A stretch of 64,000 bases of DNA from Saprospiraceae bacterium (GTDB lineage Bacteria; Bacteroidota; Bacteroidia; Chitinophagales; Saprospiraceae), in assembly GCA_046160345.1 (NCBI GenBank), contig JBJXGO010000027.1, positions 20,135 to 84,134 on the forward strand, in the 5' to 3' direction. Both the position numbers and the translations under genes were made by a program. This document shows, in pieces, positions 8,529-18,282 of this stretch (position 1 is its first letter; the number at the start of each line of letters is the position of its first letter). The notes under the pieces are model-generated. The model did no database searches. It was not told where the DNA came from and saw only the letters and a list, made by a program, of their open reading frames with translations.

Positions 8529-9641
8529 ATGAGCGAAAACCCACTAAAACCCTTGCCTTTGGATGAATCCGAAAGCCAAAAATTCGTCCGCTCGATGCGT
8601 CTGTCGAGGGTGTTGCTCCCTATAAGCTTGGGGTTGATTGCAGTAGGATATCTTTTTTACAATCAGTTTGATGCCGAAAAATTTCGAGAGATAGAGTGGA
8701 CAGGTCGGGCTTTTGCCTGGATTGGCCTGGCATTTTTGTTGCTTCTGGCCAGGCATTTTTTCTATGCTTACCGGTTAAAAGTGTTGACAGGCGGCAATTA
8801 TTTTTCCTGGAAGCAGTGTTTGAAACTTATCGTGATTTGGGAGTTCAGCGGGGCACTTACGCCGACCAGCAAAGGTGGGCCCTTTGTGATGCTTTTCGTG
8901 CTCACTCAAGAAAAGGTGGCTGCAGGTCGCACCGCAGCAGCTATATTTTACACCATGGTCTGCGATTCAGGCTTCTTTGTCATCGTGATGCCTCTTTTGC
9001 TTGCCATCTATGGCCCCCCGATGCTTTATCCGGGAATGAAATCCTTTTCTGATGAAAACCTGGCCTCCAACGTACTGTTCGTCACCTATGGAATGATGGT
9101 TAGTTATTGGTTGGTCCTTGTTTTTTTTGTTTTTTTTAGGCCCCAATATGCCAAACGCAGTTTGAATTGGCTGGCGAAGGCCCCTTTCTTAAAAAAGTTT
9201 GCTCCAAAATTCATTCGCTTGGGCGAAGAGTTCGAACTTGCTGCCACCGAAATGCGCCAGCAAAATTGGCGGTATCACTTACAGGTTATTCTTTGTGCCG
9301 TGGGCGCATGGACGAGTAAATTTCTGATGATCAACTGTTTGATCATAGCAGTGGTTCCAAGCACACCGATCGATGGAGGTACCCAGGCCTTTATTTATGC
9401 ACGCCTGGTAGCCATGTTTATCATCATGACTTTTAGTCCTACACCAGGAGGGGCCGGGCTGGCAGAAATTGCCCTTTCCGGATTTATTTCCGACTATGTG
9501 CCTCAAGGAATTGGCTTGGTGGTGGCCTTGCTTTGGCGCGGTATGGCATATTATGGCTATCTTTTGGCAGGCACACTGATTGTGCCGGGCTGGATAGCGG
9601 CAAAGGTTATCAGGCAAAAAAGTCCAGTTAAGGCCTTATAG
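8529..9641 (+). CDS. Polytopic membrane protein, lysylphosphatidylglycerol-synthase-TM/flippase-like (UPF0104) family
   Basis: It is 370 aa with about 8 hydrophobic segments. The SPTPGGAGLAEIAL motif resembles the PGGxGxxE signature of that family. Confidence 0.6.
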   Translation: MSENPLKPLPLDESESQKFVRSMRLSRVLLPISLGLIAVGYLFYNQFDAEKFREIEWTGRAFAWIGLAFLLLLARHFFYAYRLKVLTGGNYFSWKQCLKLIVIWEFSGALTPTSKGGPFVMLFVLTQEKVAAGRTAAAIFYTMVCDSGFFVIVMPLLLAIYGPPMLYPGMKSFSDENLASNVLFVTYGMMVSYWLVLVFFVFFRPQYAKRSLNWLAKAPFLKKFAPKFIRLGEEFELAATEMRQQNWRYHLQVILCAVGAWTSKFLMINCLIIAVVPSTPIDGGTQAFIYARLVAMFIIMTFSPTPGGAGLAEIALSGFISDYVPQGIGLVVALLWRGMAYYGYLLAGTLIVPGWIAAKVIRQKSPVKAL

Positions 9642-9772
9642 CGCGGTTCTGCACGATTTGAACCTAATTTGGCACATTTTTGTCTCCTTGTTAAAATGCG
9701 GCGGGTTGAATTGCCGTTTTCCAAGTTGTGAGCCCGTACTTTTGTTGAAGTTTTTCCAAATATGATAAGCAC

Positions 9773-11596
9773 ATGAATGTCCAAACATTATGCTACCCCG
9801 CTTTTGTCCTTCTGTTTTTCTGTTTAAATTTGATTGGTTTGCGCGCTCAAAGCCCTGACCCGAATTTGGCAAACCAATATTTTTCGGACGGTGAGTTTGA
9901 AAAAGCGGCAACCCTGTATAGTCAATTGGTTGAAAAGGAAAGCCGCAGCGATTTCTATTTTACACGATATATTGACTGCCTTGCCAAATTAGAAAAATGG
10001 GAGGAGGCTGAAAAATCGGTCAAAAAACAAATAAAGGGGCAGCCTGAAAACAATGCGCTTTATGTCACCTACGGCAATATCCTGGACGAACAAAACAAGA
10101 AACCGGAGGCTGAGGCGCAATACCAGCGCGCCATTGACAAGATGGCAAGTGATCATGCAGCGGTTGTTCGGCTTGCTAACTTGTTCATCACTGATTCGCG
10201 CTACGACTTTGCTATCAAAACCTATGAGCGCGGCGCAGCCCTTACAAAAGACCCCAACCGGTTTGCATACAACCTGGGCGACCTTTATCGTCGGAAGGGC
10301 GAACCTGTTAAAATGACGGAGCAATATCTCAACGCCCTCGCTGCCGACCCAGGCAAATTGCCCACGCTTCAAACAATATTTGCCCGATCGCTGGGGGCAG
10401 AAGATATCACTGAGCTGCAAACCCAGCTTTATACGCGTATACAAGAAAGCGAAAACCCGGATTTTATCGAATTGCTCGCTTGGTCCTTCGTACAGCGCAA
10501 GGACTTCAAAAGTGCCCTTCGACAATACAAAGCACTCGATAAACGCCTGGGAGAGAGTGGTCAGCGTATCATGCGTCTGGCCGATGATGCCTCTGAGGCT
10601 CGCGATTACGAAGCAGCCATCGCTGCTTATGAATACGTAATTACTGAGAAAGGCCAGATCAGCCCTTTCTTTTACGATGCAAAGCGGGAGGCCATGCAGT
10701 GCCGCCGCCGTAAAATCACCGAGGGCTTTAACTTCACACAACAAGACTTGTTGATACTAGAATCCGAGTATGAAGCTTTTTTAGCCCAATACGGCAAAAG
10801 CAACCTTAGTGCCACCATCGTTCTGCAACTTGCTGATTTAGAGGCAGTTTACTTGCGCAATTTGCCAAAATCCATAGTGCTATTGGAAGAACTAAAACAG
10901 ATGCCTGGACTCCGGCCAGATGTGCTCGCCCGACTTAAAATCAACCTGGGCGATTATTATATGATGAATGGTGATATTTGGGAAAGCACCCTGCTTTACA
11001 GTCAGGTGGACAAGGCGTATAAAGAAGACACCATTGGCCAGGAGGCGCGATTCAAGAATGCCCGGCTTTCGTATTTTAATGGCGATTTTCAATGGGCACA
11101 GGCACAATTTGACATTCTGAAGGCATCCACGTCCAAGCTCATCGCCAACGATGCGCTCGACCTCTCTGTGTTTATCATGGACAACCTGAACCTCGACACC
11201 ACCTCCGATGCCATTTCGCTTTATGCGGCTGCTGAGCTTTTGGTACTTCAAAACCGCTTTGAAGAGGCGTTTCTTAAACTCGATACGCTCGCCTCTGGTT
11301 TCCCCGAACACTCCTTGCAAGACGACATACTTTATTTGAAAGCACGGATTTGGGACAAACAGCGCGATTACGCCAAGGCCATCCCACTCTATACCGAAGT
11401 GGCAGAAAAATTCAAGGATGATATCCGCGCTGACAACTCCCTGTATGCCCTGGCGCAGATTTACGAACTAAAACTGAACGACTTGGAGAAAGCCAAAGAG
11501 ATTTACGAAAAGATTTTCCTCGACTACTCGGGAAGCGTTTTTGCAGTAGATGCAAGGAAAAGGTTCAGGATATTGAGGGGGGATAAGATACAGTAG
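9773..11596 (+). CDS. Secreted tetratricopeptide-repeat (TPR) protein
   Basis: It has a signal-peptide-like N-terminus (FVLLFFCLNLIGLRAQ) and many 34-aa TPR-like units (e.g. ANQYFSDGEFEKAATLYSQL; YALAQIYELKLNDLEKAKEIYEKI). Confidence 0.8.
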   Translation: MNVQTLCYPAFVLLFFCLNLIGLRAQSPDPNLANQYFSDGEFEKAATLYSQLVEKESRSDFYFTRYIDCLAKLEKWEEAEKSVKKQIKGQPENNALYVTYGNILDEQNKKPEAEAQYQRAIDKMASDHAAVVRLANLFITDSRYDFAIKTYERGAALTKDPNRFAYNLGDLYRRKGEPVKMTEQYLNALAADPGKLPTLQTIFARSLGAEDITELQTQLYTRIQESENPDFIELLAWSFVQRKDFKSALRQYKALDKRLGESGQRIMRLADDASEARDYEAAIAAYEYVITEKGQISPFFYDAKREAMQCRRRKITEGFNFTQQDLLILESEYEAFLAQYGKSNLSATIVLQLADLEAVYLRNLPKSIVLLEELKQMPGLRPDVLARLKINLGDYYMMNGDIWESTLLYSQVDKAYKEDTIGQEARFKNARLSYFNGDFQWAQAQFDILKASTSKLIANDALDLSVFIMDNLNLDTTSDAISLYAAAELLVLQNRFEEAFLKLDTLASGFPEHSLQDDILYLKARIWDKQRDYAKAIPLYTEVAEKFKDDIRADNSLYALAQIYELKLNDLEKAKEIYEKIFLDYSGSVFAVDARKRFRILRGDKIQ

Positions 11597-11916
11597 TGAG
11601 TTGGAGCAAAAATGAAGGAGTTACGCTGATTTTTTTGCAAACTTTGCCTTTGCAAAACGCCACGCCCTTGAGCGCGGCGTTTTTTATTCGATACGAAATA
11701 TGCCTTCCTTCGTTGTTTTGCGTACGTTTTCTCAGATGGCTTGTCCGCACAGAAAAACCTGGTTTGAAAAAATCTTTGAACGAAATGACGATGATGAAGG
11801 TTTGGAAACAGGAGAACAAACACCCATAACAAAAAACAATTTCTCCAATTCTCCTGACAAAACAAGATCAGAGCAGGCAATATTCCGCCTGAACAATTCG
11901 AATTTTTATCCTCGCT

Positions 11917-12948
11917 ATGACAGATATTTTTGAAAAAGCCGAACAAATTCTTGCTGAAATCGCAACACAGGCGCCCGCCAATGCTGCGGAATTGGAAAGT
12001 TTTCGGATTCAATACCTTGGCACGAAAGGCTTGATAAAAAGCCTGATGGAAGAAATGCGCAATGTGCCAAATGAGCGCAAACGCGACTACGGCCAACTCA
12101 TGAACCGACTCAAACAGGAAGCCGAAGCAAAACACGATGCACTAAAAGAAACATTTGAAAACCAGTCTCAAGGCTCCGCCGCACAAACCATTGACCTCAC
12201 TGCTCCCGGCGAACCCCTCCCGCTCGGCTCCCGGCACCCGGTGGCTTTGACGATGAACCGCATCGTGGAAATATTTACCCGTATGGGCTTTAGCGTGGTT
12301 GACGGCCCGGAAATAGAGGACGATTGGCACAATTTCACGGCGATGAACACGCCCGAAGATCACCCGGCGCGTGACATGCAGGACACGTTTTATGTCGTGG
12401 ATGCCCCTGGGATGCTTCTGCGTACGCACACTTCGCCTGTGCAGGCTCGTGTTATGGAAACCCGTCAACCACCTATCCGGATCATCGCTCCGGGCAGGGT
12501 GTACCGCAATGAGACGATTTCAACGCGTTCGCATGCCCAATTCCATCAGGTGGAAGGATTGTATATTGACCAGGGCGTTTCTTTTGCCGATTTGAAACAA
12601 ACCCTGCTGTACTTTGCACAAGAAATGTTTGGAGCCACCAAAATTCGGCTCCGTCCTTCATTTTTCCCCTTCACAGAACCATCGGCAGAGATGGATATAT
12701 GGCTTGGAACGGAAACCGAGAAAAACTTAAGGCTCACCAAAGGCACCGGATGGCTCGAAATACTCGGTTGTGGTATGGTGGACCCACAAGTGCTTGAAAA
12801 CTGCGGAATCGATTCAAAAAAATACAGTGGGTTCGCATTCGGAATGGGCATAGAACGGCAGGCGCTTCGTTTGTACGAAATAGGCGACATCCGGCTGCTT
12901 TTCGAGAACGACGTGCGGTTTTTGCGGCAGTTTTCGGGGGCGATGTAG
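11917..12948 (+). CDS. pheS: Phenylalanine--tRNA ligase alpha subunit
   Basis: The 343-aa product has class II synthetase motifs (LRTHTSPVQ, GRVYRNE, FPFTEPSAE, GMGIER). Confidence 0.95.
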   Translation: MTDIFEKAEQILAEIATQAPANAAELESFRIQYLGTKGLIKSLMEEMRNVPNERKRDYGQLMNRLKQEAEAKHDALKETFENQSQGSAAQTIDLTAPGEPLPLGSRHPVALTMNRIVEIFTRMGFSVVDGPEIEDDWHNFTAMNTPEDHPARDMQDTFYVVDAPGMLLRTHTSPVQARVMETRQPPIRIIAPGRVYRNETISTRSHAQFHQVEGLYIDQGVSFADLKQTLLYFAQEMFGATKIRLRPSFFPFTEPSAEMDIWLGTETEKNLRLTKGTGWLEILGCGMVDPQVLENCGIDSKKYSGFAFGMGIERQALRLYEIGDIRLLFENDVRFLRQFSGAM

Positions 12949-12992
12949 CCTGAAAATTAAAACAGGAACAGGCCGTACCTTCGTCGCCTATT

Positions 12993-14110
12993 ATGCCCTC
13001 CGCTCCACACCCGCACTTCCAAAATCTCCGCCAGCTGCTCCGTCAGGAAAAAGAGGCCGACCACCGCGCTTTCCTGGAACTGGTACGTGAAAATTTGAAT
13101 CCGTCCCAACAAATTGCCGTTGAATCCATCCTCCACAACCCCGATGTCGCGATAATTCACGGTCCTCCGGGTACCTGGAAAACGACCACCTTGGTGGCAG
13201 GGATCAAGGCCCTTTGCCAAACTGAAAACACGATACTGGTGGCAGCCCCCAGTAACACCGCCGCCGACTTGCTCACTGAGCGGCTGGCTGCACAGGGACT
13301 GAACGTAGTGCGCATCGGAAACATCAGTCGGGTGGACGATAGTGTGCTCCATCATACTGTGGATGCGCTTCTCGCCGCTCACCCAGAGGCAAAAAATATC
13401 AAAAAAGTAAAAATCGAAGCGGCAGAATACCGTCGGCAAGCGGCACGATTCAAGCGAAGTTTTGGAGCCGAAGACCGCCGCGAACGCACACACCTCAAAC
13501 AACAAGCGCGTGATCTGGATGGCTGGGCCAGAATGTTGGAAGACCGCATTGTAGAGGAAATCTTGAGCAGTGCCCAGGCCATCACCTGTACTCTGGTAGG
13601 TGCTGCGCATCCGCTTTTGGAGAAACGGCGGTTTCGTACTTGTGTGATTGATGAGGCCGCACAAGCCTTGGAACCTGCCTGCTGGATTCCGATTGCCAAA
13701 TGTGGCAGGGTGGTGCTGGCCGGTGATCCGTTCCAACTGCCTCCTACAGTTAAAAATATGGAAGCTGCACGGAAGGGGCTTTCCACTACTTTGATCGAAC
13801 GATGTTTCGAGAGGATGCCTTGCTGTCGCCCCTATTATTGTCGGGAAATATTGAGATCAATACCATAGATGGTTTTCAGGGTCAGGAGCGTGATGTGATC
13901 TACATCAGTCTGGTACGTTCAAACGACCAGCATGAAATTGGCTTTTTGCAGGACTACCGTCGCATGAACGTGGCCATGACCAGGGCACGGATGGTTCTGG
14001 TGGTGATAGGGGATTCGGCAACCATTGGGCAGAATAAGTTTTATCAGGAGTTCCTGGATTATTGCGCAGAGCATGGGGCATATCGGACGGCTTGGGAGTT
14101 TATGGGTTGA
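12993..14110 (+). pseudogene. Decayed SF1 (Upf1/IGHMBP2-like AAA_11/AAA_12) helicase
   Basis: The gene is split into two frames (12993..13868 and 13802..14110). The Walker A reads GPPGTWKT, with W in place of the invariant G. Only about 40 aa separate QLPPTV from NTIDGFQGQERD, where intact family members have well over 100 aa. The N-terminal region before the P-loop is also far shorter than usual. Confidence 0.75.
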
Positions 14111-14211
14111 GATGTTAACACCAATATGGATTTCGACCGCGTTCCTTAGCAGTTAATTTCGATATTTGGCCCCTAAATATCCCAAAGTGTCCTTCTAAAT
14201 GCTTGGTAACA

Positions 14212-15903
14212 ATGAAAAGACCGCTCCTCCTCCTCGTTTTTGCGCTTCATTTTGCAAATATTTATGCAGCCAGCTTTTATGTCTCTACCAATGCAACAGC
14301 ATCGGGCAATGGTAGTTTTGACAAGCCCTGGCAATTGCAAACAGCCTTGAATCATCCTGCTGCGCTGCATCCGGGGGATACGGTATGGATAAAAGGAGGC
14401 GTATATACCAATGCCTTTGATGCGCAAACATCCTTTAGCTGCTACACCCACGGCACCGCCGATGCGCCCATTGTTTTTAGAAATTATAAAGATGAAAGTG
14501 TTACCCTTGATGGGCAGTTGTTGTATAGCCTATATATCGGGTTGGGCAATTGCAGCTATACCTGGTTTTGGGGGCTGGAAATAACCAATTCGGGCTCGGT
14601 TGATCGGAACCATAATATTCCGGGAGGGATTACTTGCACGGCTGAGCACATAAAGTTCATCAATATGATTGTTCATGACACGGGCAGTGGATTGGATGTC
14701 TGGAAAACTGCCAAAAATTCGGAGATATATGGCTGCCTGGTGTATCATATTGGGAACAACCTGAATAACAATGGGAATCTCGAAGGCCATGGGCATGGAA
14801 TGTATTTGCAAAACGACACTTTCGGCACTAAAAAAATCCACAACAATATCATTTTCAGCAATTACGGAAATGGCATAAAAGTATGGCAAACCACTACGAC
14901 AGCTGCTCTGGGGAATTTTGACATTCAACACAACATTGTTTTTAATGGCGGTTCTGCTTCTGAAAATTTGGGCGGAGTAGGCAACAATTCCAGAACACAC
15001 AATTTTTTTGTCGTCGCCAATGGTGTAAACAACCCAGTGGTCAACACCGTCATTAAGCACAATTACACATATTCGGGCATCAATACGCCCCGGCCTCCTG
15101 TAAATGCATTTGGGCTTAATTATGGTGTGAAAAACATGATTTTGGACAGCAATTATCTAACTTGTCAAACGAGATTGGGCTTCAACAATACCCCTATATT
15201 CGAAGCTTCTGTAAAAGACAACAAGATAATTGGAGGCATTCCGCCCGTTTATGGGGTTTATCTATGGGGTTTTACGCAACCCGATTTTCCGCAGAATACA
15301 TATATTCCTAATATACCTACCACCGGGCTGGAATATTTCGTGACACCCAATAAATATGAAAAGGGGCATGCACATATAGTCGTCTATAACTGGGATAGCC
15401 TTGAAACCGTACAGATAGACATTTCCAATATAGGGTTAAGCCCTGGCGATCAATACGAACTGATAAACACTATGGACTATTTCAATGATATTACCATAGG
15501 AACCTATGATGCAGGCGGCATTATTTCTGTTCCCATGACAGGCCATAGTTTCACGCAAGCCATAGGCTCCAACAAGGCCCCGGTGTCTCAATTTCCCACT
15601 TTTGGGGCCTTTGTTATTCGCAAAAAATTTATGCAAAATCCCAGTGGGGTATCGGAAACCTCAGGTAGTAATACCTTATTAATAACGCCCAACCCATCTG
15701 CCGGAAAATTTACCATTAGCGGGTTTGAAAATATTACCTCGATTGTAGTTTTTAATATGCTGGGAGCACGTGTTTATGATTTACGGCGTATTACCGCACA
15801 AATACCGTTTGAGATTGACCTTTCTGCTTGTTCTAAGGGGGTATATTTTTTGAGGAAGGAGGAAAAGGGGATTTATGAAACTTATAAAATTGTAATTCAA
15901 TAA
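14212..15903 (+). CDS. Secreted right-handed beta-helix (pectin-lyase-fold) protein with T9SS C-terminal sorting domain
   Basis: It has a signal peptide (MKRPLLLLVFALHFANIYA) and beta-helix-like NxxI/hxGNGIKVW repeats. The C-terminus LLITPNPSAGKFTISG...VVFNMLGARVY...GVYFLR...YKIVIQ is typical of a T9SS CTD. Confidence 0.8.
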   Translation: MKRPLLLLVFALHFANIYAASFYVSTNATASGNGSFDKPWQLQTALNHPAALHPGDTVWIKGGVYTNAFDAQTSFSCYTHGTADAPIVFRNYKDESVTLDGQLLYSLYIGLGNCSYTWFWGLEITNSGSVDRNHNIPGGITCTAEHIKFINMIVHDTGSGLDVWKTAKNSEIYGCLVYHIGNNLNNNGNLEGHGHGMYLQNDTFGTKKIHNNIIFSNYGNGIKVWQTTTTAALGNFDIQHNIVFNGGSASENLGGVGNNSRTHNFFVVANGVNNPVVNTVIKHNYTYSGINTPRPPVNAFGLNYGVKNMILDSNYLTCQTRLGFNNTPIFEASVKDNKIIGGIPPVYGVYLWGFTQPDFPQNTYIPNIPTTGLEYFVTPNKYEKGHAHIVVYNWDSLETVQIDISNIGLSPGDQYELINTMDYFNDITIGTYDAGGIISVPMTGHSFTQAIGSNKAPVSQFPTFGAFVIRKKFMQNPSGVSETSGSNTLLITPNPSAGKFTISGFENITSIVVFNMLGARVYDLRRITAQIPFEIDLSACSKGVYFLRKEEKGIYETYKIVIQ

Positions 15904-15940
15904 CCATAGACTTGTCGGCAGTCGAGCCGAGAGGGAGTGC

Positions 15941-17620
15941 TCAGTCATCCATCCGCTCTACTTCCACAAACCCAAATTGCTCCACATCAAACAAGCCCCT
16001 GTCTGTCATTTTCAACTTCGGAATAACCGGCAGCGCAAGAAAAGACAAGGACATAAATGGTGCCCTTAACACACAACCCAGTTCGGATTTTACCCAGGCG
16101 TCAAGTTGGGAATAATCCTCGGCCAATTGCCAGCCGTCACTTTGGCTCATAAGTCCGGCTATCGGAAGTGGGAGAGTCCGGATATCGCCTATGCCGTCCG
16201 TGGCAGCAATGCCGCCTTTGGCTGCGATAACTGCGTTTACCGCTTGAGCCATAGCCTCGTCTGAAGTACCTACGGCTACGATATTATGAGAATCATGGGC
16301 TACGCTGCTGGCCAAAGCACCCCGTTGCAGGCCGAAACCCCGCACAAATCCCAAAGCAGGTTTCGCATCCGGGGAATAACGGTTTAGCACCGATATGTAA
16401 AGTATGTCCTTCCCAATATCAGGCAGGTATTGCCCTGTGCGCATTTCACTGACAGTACCCACATCTTCGCCAGTTACAATTTCGCCGTCGAATACTTGAA
16501 TGATGCGGAGTTTTGGCAAGTGTGGCACAGCTCCAAGGTGTGCCTCACTTGCGCGCCGAAACAATTGAAAATCACTCGATTGTCTTGGCTTCGCCAAAAA
16601 CTGGTTGGGCGCGTCCACCGTCAAGCGTTGAATCAAAGTCTTGCCGCGTTCGGCCACCTTTTGGCCGTCTATCCAGGTTTCCATCACCTGAAAGTTTTGC
16701 AAATCTGCCACCCGCACAAAATCTGCCGGGTCGCCTTCGCGCAAAAGGCCAACAGGCAGGCTGTAATGTTCTACAGGGTGGATGCACGCGGCCCGCAGCG
16801 TGTCGAACAAGTCGCAGCCATGCGCAACAGCCCGGGCTGCCAGTTGATTAATATGCCCATGCACGAGATCGTCGGGGTGTTTGTCGTCAGAGCAGAACAT
16901 GGTCAGCGCTGGAAATTCTTTCAACAAAGGCCAAAGTGCCTCAAAGTTTCGTGCAGCGCTACCTTCACGGATCAAAATTTTCACGCCCAATTCGGCTTTT
17001 TCACGTCCTTCTTCAAAAGTAAAGCACTCGTGGTCGGTGGTGATTCCGGCTGCAAAATAGCGTCGGGCATTTTCGCCACGGAGCCCGGGGGCATGACCAT
17101 CAATGGGTTTGCCGAGGCGTTTCGCGGCGGCAATTTTTGCCAGTACCTCCGGGTCGCTGTGCAGCACACCTGGAAAGTTCATCATTTCCGACAAATAACG
17201 GATCTCAGGGTTTTGCAATAAATTTTCAACCTCGGCGGCATTAAGTACCGCACCGGCAGTTTCAAACCCCGTTGCGGGTACACAGGAAGGAGCGCCAAAG
17301 CAAAATTTAAGTGGTGAACGCCTGGCGTCTTCGAGCATAAATGCAACACCCTGACTCCCAAGTACATTGGCGATCTCGTGCGGGTCAGACACCGTGGCTA
17401 CCGTGCCATGCACCACGGCCATTCGAGCGAATTCGCTGGGCGGCAACATGCTGCTTTCGATGTGGACATGCGCATCCACGAATCCGGGGAGAATATAACC
17501 GGCATCCTCAGAGACGCTGGCGATTTCCCGAATTTCCCGAATTCGGCCATCTTCCACCGTAATTTCAGCAGGGTAGATGCGGCGCTGGTGGAGGTCGAGG
17601 AGATTGGATTGATGTATCAT
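15941..17620 (-). CDS. ade: Adenine deaminase
   Basis: The 559-aa product shows PGFVDAHVHIESSMLPPSEFA and downstream amidohydrolase motifs typical of Ade. Confidence 0.9.
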   Translation of the reverse strand: MIHQSNLLDLHQRRIYPAEITVEDGRIREIREIASVSEDAGYILPGFVDAHVHIESSMLPPSEFARMAVVHGTVATVSDPHEIANVLGSQGVAFMLEDARRSPLKFCFGAPSCVPATGFETAGAVLNAAEVENLLQNPEIRYLSEMMNFPGVLHSDPEVLAKIAAAKRLGKPIDGHAPGLRGENARRYFAAGITTDHECFTFEEGREKAELGVKILIREGSAARNFEALWPLLKEFPALTMFCSDDKHPDDLVHGHINQLAARAVAHGCDLFDTLRAACIHPVEHYSLPVGLLREGDPADFVRVADLQNFQVMETWIDGQKVAERGKTLIQRLTVDAPNQFLAKPRQSSDFQLFRRASEAHLGAVPHLPKLRIIQVFDGEIVTGEDVGTVSEMRTGQYLPDIGKDILYISVLNRYSPDAKPALGFVRGFGLQRGALASSVAHDSHNIVAVGTSDEAMAQAVNAVIAAKGGIAATDGIGDIRTLPLPIAGLMSQSDGWQLAEDYSQLDAWVKSELGCVLRAPFMSLSFLALPVIPKLKMTDRGLFDVEQFGFVEVERMDD

Positions 17621-17673
17621 TCTAGTATGAACCGATAGGGCAAGTCGTCCAAGGCTATTTCATAATAAGATTT

Positions 17674-18213
17674 TCACCAAAGCTTCCACGAGTATATTCT
17701 TCTTTTTACATGACTGGCATGATTCAAGTCAAAAATTTGGATAGTAGCACTTCCTCGCCTCTGATCTTTTGGCTCAGATGATGGATTTACCTCGATTTGG
17801 TGACTATTAAAGTTGTAGATAAAAAATCGTTGAAATGAAAAGTCAGAGTCATCAGGCCGTAAAAGGAATTCGTTATGTTGCTCTCTTTTTGATTTCTGAC
17901 AGTCAGCGCAAGCCCAATAGAGGTTACCCCAGGAGTAGGCTAAATGGAAAAACAACGGATTCCCCTTTGGCTTGAAATGGTCGATCGTTTCATCTGAAGG
18001 CCCCATGGGGTATGCATCGCAATAGGAACAATGGCCTTGGGTTTGAATGGAAAGGGTTGGGATTAGCTTTTGATTTACAGGCTGACCTTTATGCTGATAC
18101 CATGTGAACTTAGCGCCAGGGGTACGTTGCTTTAGGTTGCTCCATTGTTGATTCCATCGCTCACCATTCTTCGATAGAAAATCAGGGGCATTTAGACGGC
18201 TGAAATGTTTCAT
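17674..18213 (-). CDS. ptuB: HNH nuclease of the TIGR02646 / PtuB type (Septu-like defence component)
   Basis: The 179-aa product has the core CSYCDAYPMGPSDETIDHFKPKG...NLYWACADCQKSK, i.e. CxxC...DH...CxxC HNH geometry. It lies directly downstream of the ATPase gene. Confidence 0.65.
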   Translation of the reverse strand: MKHFSRLNAPDFLSKNGERWNQQWSNLKQRTPGAKFTWYQHKGQPVNQKLIPTLSIQTQGHCSYCDAYPMGPSDETIDHFKPKGNPLFFHLAYSWGNLYWACADCQKSKREQHNEFLLRPDDSDFSFQRFFIYNFNSHQIEVNPSSEPKDQRRGSATIQIFDLNHASHVKRRIYSWKLW

Positions 18214-18282
18214 TTGGTCAAATTAAAGGCTGAGTTGCAGCCCTTTTTGGCGGTTTAGTTGGCGGATTTCCATTTGTATGAT

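Noticed and set aside
11597-11916. Possible leader or riboswitch in the 320-nt region upstream of pheS
   Set aside because: I could not identify a conserved structure, a T-box-like specifier/antiterminator, or a leader peptide with Phe codons by eye. A claim would need a covariance-model scan.
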